Assembly (NCBI GenBank): GCA_963785305.1 | Contig: CAWAUV010000004.1 | Coordinates: 352,001 to 416,000 of the forward strand | DNA length: 64,000 bases | Source: an uncultured Planctomycetaceae bacterium | GTDB lineage: Bacteria; Planctomycetota; Planctomycetia; Pirellulales; PALSA-1355 | Direction of reading: 5' to 3' | Notes under the pieces: model-generated | The model's database searches: none | What the model was told of the DNA's origin: nothing | Seen by the model: only the letters and a program-made list of their open reading frames with translations | Shown: positions 22,082-34,322 of the stretch, piece by piece | Numbering within the stretch: the first letter of the stretch is position 1 | Layout of the letters: every line of letters begins with the position of its first letter | Program-made: the position numbers and the translations under genes

Positions 22082-23416
22082 ATGCATCGCCCGACCACCA
22101 CCCGACGTGACTTCTTGAAACACTCGGCCGCCGGCGCCGCCCTGGGCGCGATTTCGGCGCCATGGACACGATCGCTGCTCGCCGTCGGCGACGCCAATAG
22201 CCGCCTCGGCATCGGCTGCATCGGCCTGGGCGGCATGGGCACGGGCGACGCCAAGCAGCACGCCCAGTTCGGCGAGATTCTCGCCGTGTGCGATGTCGAC
22301 GCAAAGCATGCCGATCGGGCCAAGAACGACAAGCAGATCGGCAAGGGCAAGGCCGACGCCTACAAGGACTATCGCCAAGTGCTCGATCGCAAGGATATCG
22401 ACGTGGTCAGCGTCGTCACGGTCGACCACTGGCATGTGAAGATCGCCATTGAAGCGCTCCAGGCCGGTAAACATGTGTTTTGCCAAAAGCCCCTCACGCT
22501 CACGCTCGAGGAAAACCAGCGAATTCGCGCGGCGTGCGAAAAATATCCCAAGCTCGCGTTCATCGTCGGCACCCAACAGCGCGGCACGAAAGACCTGTTC
22601 CTCCGGGCCGTCAACATGGTGCAAAAAGGACTCTTGGGCGATATCCAGCGCGTGACCTGCGGCGTCGGCGGCGGCAGCGTCGGTGGGCCTTTTGCCAAGA
22701 TATCGTCGCCGGCCGAACTCGACTGGGACATGTGGCAAGGTCAAACGCCCGCGGTCGACTATATCGCCAACCGCTGCCACGACAATTTCCGCTGGTGGTA
22801 TGAATATTCGGGCGGCAAGTTCACCGACTGGGGCGCGCATCACGTGGACATCGCCAACTGGGCGCTCCAGCGCGACAAACGCGGCGATGGCCCCACGGAA
22901 ATCAACGGGGCCGACGCCAAGCATCCGGTCCCTTTCAAGGACGGCTACCCCACGGTCGACGATTGCTACAACACCTCGAACGACTACGCGGTGGTTTGCA
23001 AATACTCCGATGGTCTGGAATTGGTCGTCACCAGCCGCGGCGACAACGGCATTCTCTTCGAGGGCAGCAAGGGCCGGCTGTTCGTCAACCGCGGCAAGAT
23101 CACGGGCGAGGCGATCACCCAGAAGTGGGACGAAGGCAAGTTCGACGAAGCCGATCTGACGCGGCTCTATAAGGGCAAGCCGTTCGAGGGCCACAAGGCC
23201 AACTTCTATCGCTGCGTGCGCGAAGGCGGACTGCCGGTGTCCGATGTGTTTAGCCATGTGATCACGATGAACACGTGCCATCTGGCCGCCATCGCCGCCC
23301 GCTTGGGCCGCACGATCCATTGGGACCCGACGGCAGAGAAGATCGTCGGCGACGAGCAAGCCGCGTCGTTCTTCGCGCGCAAGCAGCGAGCGGGCTTCGA
23401 GATTCCAAGCGTGTGA
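22082..23416 (+). CDS. Gfo/Idh/MocA family oxidoreductase with Tat signal
   Basis: TRRDFLK twin-arginine motif; IGLGGMG; DHWH; GKHVFCQKP; DWGAHHVD. Confidence 0.92.
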   Translation: MHRPTTTRRDFLKHSAAGAALGAISAPWTRSLLAVGDANSRLGIGCIGLGGMGTGDAKQHAQFGEILAVCDVDAKHADRAKNDKQIGKGKADAYKDYRQVLDRKDIDVVSVVTVDHWHVKIAIEALQAGKHVFCQKPLTLTLEENQRIRAACEKYPKLAFIVGTQQRGTKDLFLRAVNMVQKGLLGDIQRVTCGVGGGSVGGPFAKISSPAELDWDMWQGQTPAVDYIANRCHDNFRWWYEYSGGKFTDWGAHHVDIANWALQRDKRGDGPTEINGADAKHPVPFKDGYPTVDDCYNTSNDYAVVCKYSDGLELVVTSRGDNGILFEGSKGRLFVNRGKITGEAITQKWDEGKFDEADLTRLYKGKPFEGHKANFYRCVREGGLPVSDVFSHVITMNTCHLAAIAARLGRTIHWDPTAEKIVGDEQAASFFARKQRAGFEIPSV

Positions 23417-23438
23417 CGGCTCCGAACCCTAGTCCCCA

Positions 23439-23518
23439 AGAGCCTATCCGAGAACTGCGGCGAGCCTTTCGCCCGCCTCTCACCTTAATGGGGAGAGGGG
23501 AGTTGTCGGATAGGCTCT
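23439..23518. mobile_element. ~80-bp MITE/REPIN-like element, copy 1
   Basis: 18-bp terminal inverted repeats with 1 mismatch (AGAGCCTATCCGAGAACT / AGTTGTCGGATAGGCTCT) around an internal CCTCTC...GGGAGAGGG hairpin. Confidence 0.7.
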
Positions 23519-23934
23519 GAATCGCATTTCCGATCAAGCGCCACCGCCGACTTCGCCGGCCGTGGCGCTTTTTCGCGCGAGAATCTCCGACTCCCGCTTG
23601 CGGCCGGCGAGCGCACATTCGTTCGAGGTTCGAGGCAAGGATGCTTGCGAATTCGACATCCGCCAAACTCGGTTTTATTTCCATTTTGAAATCAACGCCT
23701 ACCTTCTTGGCGTCAAGCAGCGCTGCGTGCTGGGGGAGCGGCGTTAGAAACGCATTAATTTCCAGAGCCAAAAGTCGTGAAAAACGCCGGAAACGACGCG
23801 GTTTCGCGAAGCGCGCGCGTTGCCCTGGGCTCGGGTCGTGGCTACTATCCGAAAGCTCAACGTGTCTTTTCCAATCCACACATTTGTGTGTTTTGGATTA
23901 GAGAGTGTTTCGATACTTTCGGAGGCCATATTAT

Positions 23935-24717
23935 ATGTTTCATTTCCGTTGTTTTTATTTACTACCCCTGCTCGCGGGTCTCGCGCTCGCCCCCAGCGCG
24001 CGGGCGTCGATGATCGCGTCGGACAGTGCGTCGAACTATACATCCAGCACTTTCCCCTCGAGCAACCTCGGCGATGGATTCGGCCCCTGGACCGACAGCC
24101 TCTCTCCCAGCGGCACGGCCGCGCTGACCAGCGGCGACTTCTCGATCGGCGATTCTGGAACGAGCACCGCGTCGAACATCACGCGTTCTTTAACCGGCGG
24201 AGCCCTATCGCCCGGTCAGTCCTTCGAAGTGACGACCTGGGCCGGCGGCGCCAATCGCGGCGCGACGCAAGGCTTCAGCCTCGAAGACTCCTCGGGCGCC
24301 GTGCTTTTCAATTTGTATGTCCCCGGCGGAACTCACCAAACCTATTACACCGACGCCAGCTCGACTGGAGCCGCGTTTGTCGGAGTGCCCTTTAATTTCG
24401 GAACGGCGAACTACTTTACGTTTACATTGCTGGACGCGAACGGTGATTATCAGTTGAATGTCCTGGGGCCAACCGGCTCCGGAAAATACGCGGTGGGGGG
24501 CGGCGCCGGCTCCGCGACCCTCGACGGCCGGATCAATAACGCCAGCGGCATTTCACAAGTGATGTTTTTCTACGACGCCGCCCCGACCGCGAACACGAGC
24601 GGCGCCGACTATCGGTTCGACAACCTCGCGGTCGTGCCCGAACCGGCCACGGGCCTGCTGCTCGCGATCGGAGCCGGCATTGGGGCCCTCCGTCGCGCAT
24701 GGCGCCGGATGAATTGA
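23935..24717 (+). CDS. PEP-CTERM sorting-domain surface protein
   Basis: Signal peptide, Ser/Thr/Gly-rich body, C-terminal VPEPATGLLLAIGAGIGALRRAWRR. Confidence 0.88.
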   Translation: MFHFRCFYLLPLLAGLALAPSARASMIASDSASNYTSSTFPSSNLGDGFGPWTDSLSPSGTAALTSGDFSIGDSGTSTASNITRSLTGGALSPGQSFEVTTWAGGANRGATQGFSLEDSSGAVLFNLYVPGGTHQTYYTDASSTGAAFVGVPFNFGTANYFTFTLLDANGDYQLNVLGPTGSGKYAVGGGAGSATLDGRINNASGISQVMFFYDAAPTANTSGADYRFDNLAVVPEPATGLLLAIGAGIGALRRAWRRMN

Positions 24718-24815
24718 AAGCGACGCGCCCTGATGTTTTTACGATCTGCCCAGCCGATCGGCGTCGCAAGTCCCCGTGGGCGACGCTCTCGCCGAACTTC
24801 GCGGCGGGCAGCGTG

Positions 24816-25862
24816 TTATCGCTTCGGCGGGGCGGGACCGGGCGCTTGCTGGGATTCACCCACTTCGATGCGGATCGCTTTGTGGCCTTTGTAAGCCCCC
24901 GGCAGGGCAAGGAACTTGGGGATGCCTTCGACGCTCACCCAGATCGGGCTGGCCGTGTCTTTTTCCGTGGTGATGATGTCGCCCACTCGGAGCCCGATCA
25001 TGTCCGATGTCGTGATCGTCGTCTCGGCCAGATGCACGATCAACTCCACCAGCGAGCCTTGCAGCGAGCCGCTGATCTGTTTGATCGTTTCGGGAGAGGC
25101 CTGGCGCTTGCCGTAGCTGATCCAGGAATTGTTCGACAGCTTGGCGCCGATCCGCTCGATCGAGTTAAACGGAATGCACAAGTTCATCATTCCGCGCAGC
25201 TCGCCGATCGTGAGCTCGAAACTGATGAGCACCACGACTTCATTGGGCGGCACGATCTGCACAAGTTGCGGGTTGCTTTCCACGCGATCGACCGAGAGAT
25301 CGAGATCGACCACGTTTTCCCAGGCGCGATGCAACTCGACCAGAAACAGTCCGGTGATGCGCGACACGAGGCGAAGCTCGATCTCGGTGAGCGGTCTGCG
25401 GGCCAGCGGGCCGGTTTCGCGCCCGCCGCCGAGCAACCGATCGATGATCGGATAGAGAATCGACGGATTGATGTCGAGAATCAGATTGCCTTCGAGCGGC
25501 GCGGCGCGAAGCAGGTTGAAACAGGTGGGGTTTTCGAGACTGAAGACGAACTCGCTGTAGGTCAATTGGTCGACGCTCGTGAGCTTGACCTCGACGATGC
25601 TCCGCAGCAGCGCCGAAAGGGCCGCGCCGAAATTGCGGCCAAATCCCTCGTGCAAGGTTTGCAGGGCCCGCATCTGCTCCTTGCCGACGCGTTCGGGGCG
25701 TTTGAAGTCGTAAGCCGCGACTTTATCGCGATTCTTGGGCGCCGCGGGCGGCGGGGCCGAGCGACGAGCGGCGCCACCGCCGGATTTGCCTCCAAGGCCG
25801 CCCGATTCCATGGCGCTAAGCAGGCTCTCGACTTCCGCCTGACTGAGAACATCGTTGGTCAT
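24816..25862 (-). CDS. fliM: Flagellar motor switch protein FliM
   Basis: N-terminal [11 protein letters not shown]heY-binding motif, YDFKRP, RLLGG, C-terminal SpoA-like domain. Confidence 0.95.
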   Translation of the reverse strand: MTNDVLSQAEVESLLSAMESGGLGGKSGGGAARRSAPPPAAPKNRDKVAAYDFKRPERVGKEQMRALQTLHEGFGRNFGAALSALLRSIVEVKLTSVDQLTYSEFVFSLENPTCFNLLRAAPLEGNLILDINPSILYPIIDRLLGGGRETGPLARRPLTEIELRLVSRITGLFLVELHRAWENVVDLDLSVDRVESNPQLVQIVPPNEVVVLISFELTIGELRGMMNLCIPFNSIERIGAKLSNNSWISYGKRQASPETIKQISGSLQGSLVELIVHLAETTITTSDMIGLRVGDIITTEKDTASPIWVSVEGIPKFLALPGAYKGHKAIRIEVGESQQAPGPAPPKR

Positions 25863-25989
25863 TGTGCGCGGGCCTCCTTGCCCACCCGAGGAAAACGCCT
25901 CGGTCGCGTTGCTCGATCCGTCGGTCCGCTATCCTCAAGCTGTCCGCTGTCGTCCCCCGTCCAAACGCGAGGGGATCGGCGTGGTGGAG

Positions 25990-27264
25990 TTACTCGCGGA
26001 CCTGTCCGTCGCCGAACACGATGTACTTGTAAATGGTCAGCTCCTTGAGTCCACAAGGTCCGCGGGCATGGTATTTGTCGGTGCTGATGCCGATCTCGGC
26101 GCCCAGTCCTAGTTCGCCGCCGTCGTTGAATCGCGTGCTCGCGTTTACGATCACGGCCGCGCTGTCGACCTCGGCCGTGAATCGCCGGGCAGCGGCCAGA
26201 TCGGCGGTGACGATCGCTTCGGTGTGGCGCGAGCCGTGGCGGTTGATGTGTTCGATCGCCGCGGCGAGCGACGGCGCGACTTTGACCGAAATCACGGGCC
26301 CGAGGAATTCGGCGAAATAGTCGGCCTCGGTCGCGAGTTGGGCCGCCGGCGCCAGGCGACAGGTCTCTTCGTCGCCGCGCAGTTCGATCTGCCGGGCGGC
26401 GAGCGCGGCGCCGATCCGGGGCAGAAACTTGGCCGCCACATCGCGATGCACCACGAGCGATTCGGCCGCGTTGCAGACACCCATGCGCTGGCATTTCGAA
26501 TTGATCACGATCCGCTCGGCCATGTCGAGATCGGCCGCGCGGTCGACATAGACATGGCAATTGCCGGCGAAGTGTTTCATCACCGGCATCGTGGCCTCGG
26601 CCACCACGCGGCGAATCAACTGCTCGCCGCCGCGCGGAATCGCGAGGTCGATATAGTGATCGAGCTTGAGGAAGTGTCCCACGGCCTGCCGGTCGGAAGT
26701 GCTCACGAGTTGCAGGGCGTCGCTCGGCAGCCCGGTCGCTTCGGCGGCTTCGCGGAGCACTTCGACAATGGCCCGGCTCGAATGGGCCGCTTCTTTTCCG
26801 CCACGCAGGATCACGGCATTGCCGCTTTTCACGCAAATCGCGGCGGCGTCGGCCGTTACATTGGGACGCGATTCGTAGATGAAAAACACCACGCCCAGCG
26901 GCACGCGCACGCGTCGCACTTCGAGCCCATTGGGCCGGATCGACGAGTCGATGACCTCGCCCACCGGGTCGGGCAGCGTGGCGACCTCATCGAGCGCCCC
27001 GGCGATCGCCGCCACGCTCTTGGCCGAAAGCCGCAGCCGGTCGACCGCGGCCGGGGCGAGCTTGAATCCCGGGGCGGCTTCGAGATCGCACGCATTGGCG
27101 GCGAGAATCTCACCGGTGCGCTCGCGGAGCATTGCCGCGGCGCGGCGCAGCCATGCGTTTTTTACTTCGCCGCGCACTTGGGCGAGCTCGCTCGACGCGG
27201 CCCGCGCCCGCTGGGCGACTTGAGTCGCGTAGGCTTCGAGATTCAGGGAGTCAGCCACGGCCAT
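25990..27264 (-). CDS. proA: Gamma-glutamyl phosphate reductase
   Basis: [55 protein letters not shown]. Confidence 0.95.
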   Translation of the reverse strand: MAVADSLNLEAYATQVAQRARAASSELAQVRGEVKNAWLRRAAAMLRERTGEILAANACDLEAAPGFKLAPAAVDRLRLSAKSVAAIAGALDEVATLPDPVGEVIDSSIRPNGLEVRRVRVPLGVVFFIYESRPNVTADAAAICVKSGNAVILRGGKEAAHSSRAIVEVLREAAEATGLPSDALQLVSTSDRQAVGHFLKLDHYIDLAIPRGGEQLIRRVVAEATMPVMKHFAGNCHVYVDRAADLDMAERIVINSKCQRMGVCNAAESLVVHRDVAAKFLPRIGAALAARQIELRGDEETCRLAPAAQLATEADYFAEFLGPVISVKVAPSLAAAIEHINRHGSRHTEAIVTADLAAARRFTAEVDSAAVIVNASTRFNDGGELGLGAEIGISTDKYHARGPCGLKELTIYKYIVFGDGQVRE

Positions 27265-27558
27265 CGGGGTATCTCGAGCGCGTTGTTGCGAACTTGGCGG
27301 AAAACGGGCCCAAGCTCCGGCCCGAAAAGTTCGATTGGGCCGGTAAGCTATTGCCTCGACAATGGTTATCGCCGAAACTGATATCAATCGGCCCTACGAT
27401 GGAAGTATCGGCCAATCCGCGAGCAGAGTCAACGTCGAAGCGGCAACTGGACTTTGTCTCGCGAGCGGAAATCGCGTAGGATTCCGCCGCGTGGCGGGCA
27501 TTCCCGCATTCACCGCCGCGCCTCGACGCCCCCGGAAAGCGAAAAAAGGAGTCGGCCG

Positions 27559-28063
27559 ATGGGTAACAATCTTCGACCGGGAAAAATCCGCCTGCAAGCT
27601 GTGTCGGCGCTTGGTTTTTTCATGGCGGTCTCATTGGCGGCTGTCGCGCCGGCGGCGGATGAGGCCGTGGTGCATGCCAGCGCCAAAATCCTGCCGGCCC
27701 AGGGCTCGAACCCGCCCAGGTTGCAAGTCGCCGCGAAGATCAACGATGGCTGGCACATCTATTCGATCACCCAAAAACCGGGCGGCCCGGTGAGAACCAA
27801 GATCAAGCTCGGGGAATCATCGCGACTTCAAGATCGGCGAATTCAAGGCGATCACGCCGCCGGCAAGTCATCCCGAGCCCGATTTCGACAATCTGATCGT
27901 GGAGGAGCATTCGGGCGAGGCGGTTTGGGAAGCGCCGCTGAGTGTCAGCGGGCCGATCACCGACCTGAAGATCACCGGCGCCGTGAACGCCCAGGCGTGC
28001 AGCAACGCCTGCTTGCCGCCGACGGATTATAAGTTCGAGACTGTCGGAGATGGGAAGAAGTAG
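27559..28063 (+). CDS. Stand-alone exported DsbD N-terminal-like domain protein (indel near 27825)
   Basis: Signal peptide; GWHIYSITQKPGGP; second frame ends QACSNACLPP. Confidence 0.7.
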
Positions 28064-28146
28064 CTAGCACGCGATAGTCCAAGAGAAAATGTCGCTTGGC
28101 GCATTGCTTGCCGCCGCTACGTCGTTGCTTATTAGAAAGTGGTCCG

Positions 28147-30818
28147 ATGCGTTTCGCCCTTGATCGTATTCCGGCGGCGGTTGTTCTGACGCTCGGCCTG
28201 ACGCTGCTGACCTCGATCGCGTCGAACGTGGCGGTTGCTCAGGATCGCCCCTTCGGCAAGCCCGGCGCTCTGGGCGGGGGGCTCTTTGGAGGCGGGGGCG
28301 GCTCATTGGGAGGCCCTCGAAATGGTGGCGACGCGGTAATCTTGGTCGACGCCAAGGTTCTGCCGGCCGAGGGCAAACAGCCGGCCCGGCTCCGCCTCAC
28401 CGCCACGATCCAAGACGGCTGGCACACGTTCTCCATCACGCAGCCGCCCGGCGGGCCGATCAAAACCAAGATCAAGGTCGAGCCGCAAGCAGGACTAAAA
28501 GTCGGCCTGTTCAAAACGATCACGCCGCCCGATAGGCATCAGGACCCGGCCTTTGACAATGCCACGGTCGAAGAACACTCCGGCACGGCGGTATGGGAAG
28601 CGCCGCTCGCGATCGAACCGGCCTTGGAGCCGGGCGACCTGCGCATCGCGGGGGCGGTGCGAGCCCAGGCATGCAAGACAAGCTGCATTCCGCCGACGAA
28701 CTACAAATTCGAAACCACGCTCGACGCCGAAGCCCGAGCCGCCGTCGCCAACGCCGCGGCCTATGCCGCTTTTCAGAGCGACGCCGAGCTTCCGACGCCC
28801 GGGACTGTCGTGTCGGCGCGAAGCGAACATGCTTCATCCAACGATCAGCCATCGGAGCGACAAGCCGCCGAGCTCTGGCCCGACGCAACGCCCGAATATC
28901 GCGGTCCGGGGAGCCATTTGACCCTTCGCGGCCAAGTGACTCCGGCAGTGGCGGCGCCGGGCGGCAAAATTCGTTTGCTACTATCGGCCACGCCAGAGCC
29001 GCCATTTCATGCCTACGCCCTGGCCGCCGAGGACAATGGCACGATCGGTCGCGGCAAGCCGACCTTGATCAAATTGCTCTCGACGCCCGGCTTCACGTTT
29101 TCCCGGCCCGAGGCGACGACCCCATCGATCTCGAATCCCGGGCCCGATGCGCCGATGAATGTCGACCGGTACTATAGCGGCGCGGTCGATTTTTCGCTCG
29201 AAGCCACGATCGATCGCGACGCCGCGCCCGGCAAACATGCGATCGAAGGCGTGGTCAGCTATCAAACCTGCACCTTGGGCAAGAAAGACGACGCCCAGTG
29301 CGATGTGTCCGCGGGCGCCGATTCCGGGCGATGGTCGAGGTGTCGGCGGCCGGGCCGAGCGATGAACCATCGAGCGCCAGCAGCGCCGGCGGCACGGCCG
29401 AGGTTCTGTTCCTGCCGGCCAAATACGATCAATCGCCCGACGACCCTCGAGTCCCGCGGCATGATGTCGACCAGAACGAGAGCGTGAAAGCGCACATTGT
29501 GGAGCTCAATGGCGGGCAGCCCGAAAGCTCGCTGTTGTTCGTTCTGTTTTCGAGCTTCTTGGGCGGATTGATTCTGAACCTCATGCCGTGTGTGTTGCCG
29601 GTGATTGGACTGAAGCTGTTGTCGTTTGTCGGTCAGTCCGGCAATAGTCGCTCGCGCGTGCTCACGCTCAATTTGTGGTATGTGGCCGGGCTATTCGCGG
29701 TGTTTGCCTGCTTGGCCACTCTGGCCGCCGCCGCCTCGCTCGGGCTGGCGAAGTCGAATCTGGGGTGGGGCGAGCAGTTTGCCTCGACCAAATTCAACAT
29801 CACGATGTGCGGTTTGGTGTTTGTCATGGCGCTGAGCTTCGTGGGCGTGTGGGAGATTCCCGTGCCGGGGTTCGTCGGCGCGGGCAAAGGCACGGAGCTT
29901 GCCGCACAAGAGGGCCCCGCGGGCGCATTCTTCAAGGGGGTAATGTCGACCTTGTTGGCCACGCCGTGCAGCGGGCCATTTCTGGGGACCGTGTTCGGGT
30001 TCACGCTCAAGCAGACGCCCGCCGTGACCTACCTCGTGTTTGGATTTATTGCCCTGGGAATGGCCTCGCCGTATTTGATCGTGGGCGCGTTTCCGTCGCT
30101 GATTCGCTGGTTGCCGAAGCCAGGCGCGTGGATGGATGTCTTCAAGCAAGCGATGGGCTTCACGCTCCTGGGCACGGTCGTGTTCTTGCTCTCGTTTCTC
30201 AATCCCAACTATCGCATCGCCACCTTGGCCTTGCTCCTCGGCTTGGGCGCCGCTTGCTGGTGGATCGGACGGACGCCGCTTTATGAGCCGACCGGCAAAC
30301 GGTTGCGGGCCTGGGGCGAAGGCGCCGCGATTGCCGCGGTCGTGGGCTATGTCGGTTTTCGCACCCTCGTCGATCAGCCGCCGTTTCCGCTGCCTTGGCA
30401 ACCCTTTAAGCTCGAGGCGCCGGCCGAGCTCGCGGCCTCGGGCAAGACGGTAATGGTCGACTTCACGGCCGATTGGTGCGCCACCTGCAAATTGAATTTG
30501 CGGCTCGCGCTCAACACCAAGGCGGTGCAAAAAATGGTCGAGCAAAACGGCGTTGTGCCGCTCGTCGGCGATTGGACCGATGGGTCCGACGAAATCAAAA
30601 CCGCGCTCGAGCGCATCTCGAGCGGTTCGATTCCCGTGCTGGCCATCTATCCGGCCGGCCGGCCCGATGAGGTTCTCGTGCTGCGGGATTTGATCAGCGA
30701 GGGCCAGGTGCTCGAAGCCCTGGAGCGCGCTGGCCCATCGCTCGATCGCGGCGCCGCGGCCGAAGACGACGGGCGCGTCAGCTCGACCGCCGCCGGTCAG
30801 GCCGAACGCTCGCGCTGA
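28147..30818 (+). CDS. dsbD: DsbD-like thiol:disulfide interchange protein: two N-domains, CcdA-like TM domain, thioredoxin (indel near 29320)
   Basis: QACKTSCIPP; LNLMPCVLPV; ATPCSGPFLG; PKPGAWM; DFTADWCATC. Confidence 0.85.
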
Positions 30819-31063
30819 GCGAGAACACGATGGCCGCGCGAGCTCGAACTCGCCGTGGCGCCTCGCTTTCGGCACAACCGGCATTCTTCGCGCGATCTCC
30901 CGCGCGGCGCCGCGACGGCCCGCCGATTCGCCGAACGGCGTCCGTTCGCGCCGCCGCTGTTGGCCTAGACTTCTGCGCCGCAACCGCGCGATCATTTGCG
31001 CGGGCGGACCGAATGCGCCGCTCCGGCTTCCGCCCGCGGGTATCCCACCCCGAGAAGGACACC

Positions 31064-32473
31064 ATGAATTCGAACATGCACCGCATTCGCCAGCGAACTT
31101 CGCTCGCCGGGGTGCTCTGTCGAGGGCTCGACACGGCGGCGGTATTCGCCGGCTTTTTGATTGCCGGCTTGCTCGCCAGCGATGGAGCGACCCCGCTGGC
31201 CGCCGCGGTGGCGACGGTGTTGTTTTATTTCGCGGCCGAAATCGCTTCGCTCTATCGCAACTGGCAAGGTGTCTCGCTGGCTCGCGAGGTGGGCTGCGCG
31301 TTCGGTTGCTGGACGCTCGCCCTGGGGCTTTCCGTCGGAGTGGCCTTTGCCCTGCCCTGGTTTGGCGAGGCGGCGCCTCGCATTTCGTTGGCGGCGCTGG
31401 CGTCGTGGTTCGCCGCGACCGCCGGGCTCTTCGCCGCGGTGCGCGTCGGTCTGCGCGCGGCGCAGCGATACTTGCGGGCCAAGGGCTTCCATGTTCGCGG
31501 ATTCGCGATTTTGGGCGTCAATGAACTTGGCTTTCAACTGGCCAGAAACATCGAAAACACACCGCACCTGGGCCTCAAACTCGTCGGCTTTTTCGACGAT
31601 CGGCCGGCGAATCGAATTCCCAATGTGCCCGTGGAAGTCGGCCGGCATGTGGGCACGATCGGCGAGCTCGTCGAACAAGCGCGCGGCGGCGAGATCGACC
31701 GAATTTACATCACGCTGCCGATGCGCACCGAAGATCGCATTCGCCGCCTGCTGGCCGAGTTGAGTGACTCGACCGCTTCGGTGCATATCGTGCCCGACTT
31801 TTTCGTGTTCGAGTTGCTGCATTCATGCTGGACCGATATCGGCGGCTTGCCGGTCGTGAGCGTGTTCGAGCATCCGTTCTATGGCGTCGATGGGCTCGTC
31901 AAACGCGTCACGGACTTGGTGCTCGCCAGTCTGCTCCTGGTAGCGCTGGCCGGGCCGCTGCTCGTGATCGCGCTCGCCGTCAAGCTCACTTCGCCGGGGC
32001 CGGTGTTCTTTCGCCAGAAACGCTACGGCATGGACGGCAAGGAAATCCGGGTCTGGAAGTTTCGCAGCATGCGCGTGTGCGACGATGGTCCGGTGGTGGC
32101 GCAAGCGTCGAAAAACGATCCGCGGCTCACGCCGATCGGCGGCTTCTTGCGTAGGATGTCGCTCGACGAGTTGCCGCAACTCTTCAATGTGCTGGGCGGC
32201 AGCATGAGTCTGGTCGGCCCGCGGCCTCATGCCTCGGCTCACAACGAAGACTATCGCCGCCGGATTCGCGGCTACATGCTCCGCCACAAAGTCAAGCCGG
32301 GCATCACGGGCCTGGCGCAAGTGAGCGGCTGGCGGGGCGAGACCGACACGCTCTACAAGATGGAAAAGCGCATCGAATGCGACCACCGCTACATTCGCGA
32401 ATGGAGCTGGTGGAACGATCTCAAAATCCTGGCGCACACCGTGACCACGGTGTTGCGGCACGAGAACGCCTAT
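31064..32473 (+). CDS. wcaJ: Undecaprenyl-phosphate glucose phosphotransferase (homology ends at ...HENAY; stop codon not seen)
   Basis: N-terminal TMs, KFRSM, SLDELPQLFNVLGGSMSLVGPRPH, KVKPGITGLAQV. Confidence 0.88.
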
Positions 32474-32530
32474 TCGCGCGTTCGCCGGGGGCGATGCGGG
32501 TCAACACAACCCGCGCCGGGTGGCGCGACG

Positions 32531-34269
32531 TTATTCGCGCAACGCGCGTTTCTTCGTGGTCGACGGTTTGGTGGGCTCCGATTCGAGCAAGTCGCCGCTG
32601 CTCTTCTTGCGCTTGTTCGGTTTACTGCTGCCCGCGGGTTCGTGACTCGTGGGCTCGGCGGATCGTCGGCCACTGGCGGCTGGAACCTCTTCCGGACTGG
32701 CGGTGTGCTTTGCGAATTGGTCGGCTTCGTCGAGTTCGCTGTGGGCGACGAGCTTCGCGTCGCCATCGAGAATCAGGACTTCACTCGGTTCGAGAATCTT
32801 ATCGCGCACCATGCCTTTGAATTCCCGCCCGCCGCGCACATCGAGCACGAGCGAGTTGGTATTGAACTCGACCTCGTGCTCTTCGTGCTTTTTCGTGGTC
32901 GGATTGTATAGGTCGACCGAGGTTCTAAAGTTCAGCACGCTCGCCCGGTTGACCTGGCGCACGACCGCCGCTTCAAGCCCGGTCTCGGGCTCGATGGTAA
33001 ACACGAGCAGCGTGGCCGGCGGTTCGGCCGGCGCAAGTTGGCCAGGCTTGGGCGATTCGGGTTCGCCCACGAGCATGCCCTCGCCGCGTGGAATCTCGAC
33101 GATGGGCGAGGGCTCGCTCCAGGGAGTCTCGCGATATTGCGCATTGCGCGATTGCGGATTCTTGAGATACTTTTCCGGCACGCCGTAGTTGGGATTGGCC
33201 GTGGTCAACTGCACTCGGTAACGGTAGCGTTTATTCGGCTCGACCGTGAGGTCCAGAAAGCGGAAGAGCCGGTACTCGACGCTCTTTCGCTCGGCGAGAC
33301 GCGTGTCGACGCGCGGCGCTCTGGCCGCCGCGCCGTTTCGGCCGCCCTCGGAGCCCGCGGCCCCTTCTCGAGCGAGCCGTTCTCGTTCTTCCTCACGCCG
33401 CTTCGCCTCTTCCTCGTCGCGCGCTTTTTGCTCCTCTTCCTCGGTCGCGGTGGCCAACGGAATCTCGGGCAAGTGCGCCGCTTCCGCACCCAAGAGCCGG
33501 AAGCCAGCGGGCCCAGCTCCTTGGTATACACCGGGTCGACGAATCGCGCGCTCACGATCTCCGGAGTCTTGTTGGCCCAGCGTTCTTTCATGGTCACGAT
33601 TTTCACCATGTCGATCGGCTTCCAGTCGAGTTTGCTCTCTTGGCCATCGACCACCTCGGCGCGCTCGACCGTGGGCTGCCGGCGATAGACCGGCGCGTCG
33701 CGCGGCGAGTCGTCGCGAGTGGCGTCGTTGGGCCGGGCCTCGGCGATCGGAATCGCGTCCTTGAACACCTCGTCGTAGGCGGCCGTTTGTTTGCGGACTG
33801 GAACGAGGCCGGTGATCATGGCCCAGCGCTGGCCATGCACTTCCGTCTCGCCCGCGGCCTTGAGCTCGAAGGCGCTCTGGCCACCGACGGCCTCGAGCGA
33901 CTCGACCGCTAGCAGCGCCGGATCGGACCGCTTGCTGAGCTGCGGACGCGGCGGCATGTCGAACGGCGTCTTGAGCGCGTATTCCTCGGGCACGAGCGGG
34001 TCGCGTTTGGCTCGAATTACGTAGTTGGTGATGGCGAGATTCTCGCGCTTTTCGTCCCACTGGCTCGCGGCCATGTGCGACTGGGCCTCTTGAGCGCGGC
34101 GTTTGAGTTCGTCGGGGCCTTTTTCGACCGGAAGCGTGACACGGCCGAAAAACGCATAGACGAAGATCGCGAAGATCAACAATCCGGCGCCGAAGGCCGC
34201 TTTCTCGCCATGAGCCAAGGCAAGCTGTTTCAGACCTTCCTTGGAAAGATCGAGCTTTCTCTTTTTCAT
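32531..34269 (-). CDS. Hypothetical membrane-anchored protein in the pilM operon (indel near 33500)
   Basis: N-terminal TM after HGEKA; C-terminal LFRFLDLTVEPNKRYRYRVQL beta-domain; co-oriented behind pilM. Confidence 0.65.
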
Positions 34270-34322
34270 GCGAGCGAACCTTTCGAAAAAACAGCGGAGG
34301 AGAGTCTCGGCGGTGTCGCGAG

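Noticed and set aside
19877..23359. 1160-aa minus-strand ORF as a single giant protein
   Set aside because: Its N-terminal part is antisense shadow of the Gfo/Idh/MocA gene plus intergenic DNA; only the EAL and ATPase portions look real.
23877..23890. Palindrome CACACA-TT-TGTGTG before the PEP-CTERM gene as an operator
   Set aside because: Single short occurrence, not seen upstream of the second PEP-CTERM gene; insufficient support.
30830..31063. 78-aa N-terminal extension of WcaJ
   Set aside because: Arg/Ala-rich read-through; an AGAAGGA SD precedes ATG 31064.
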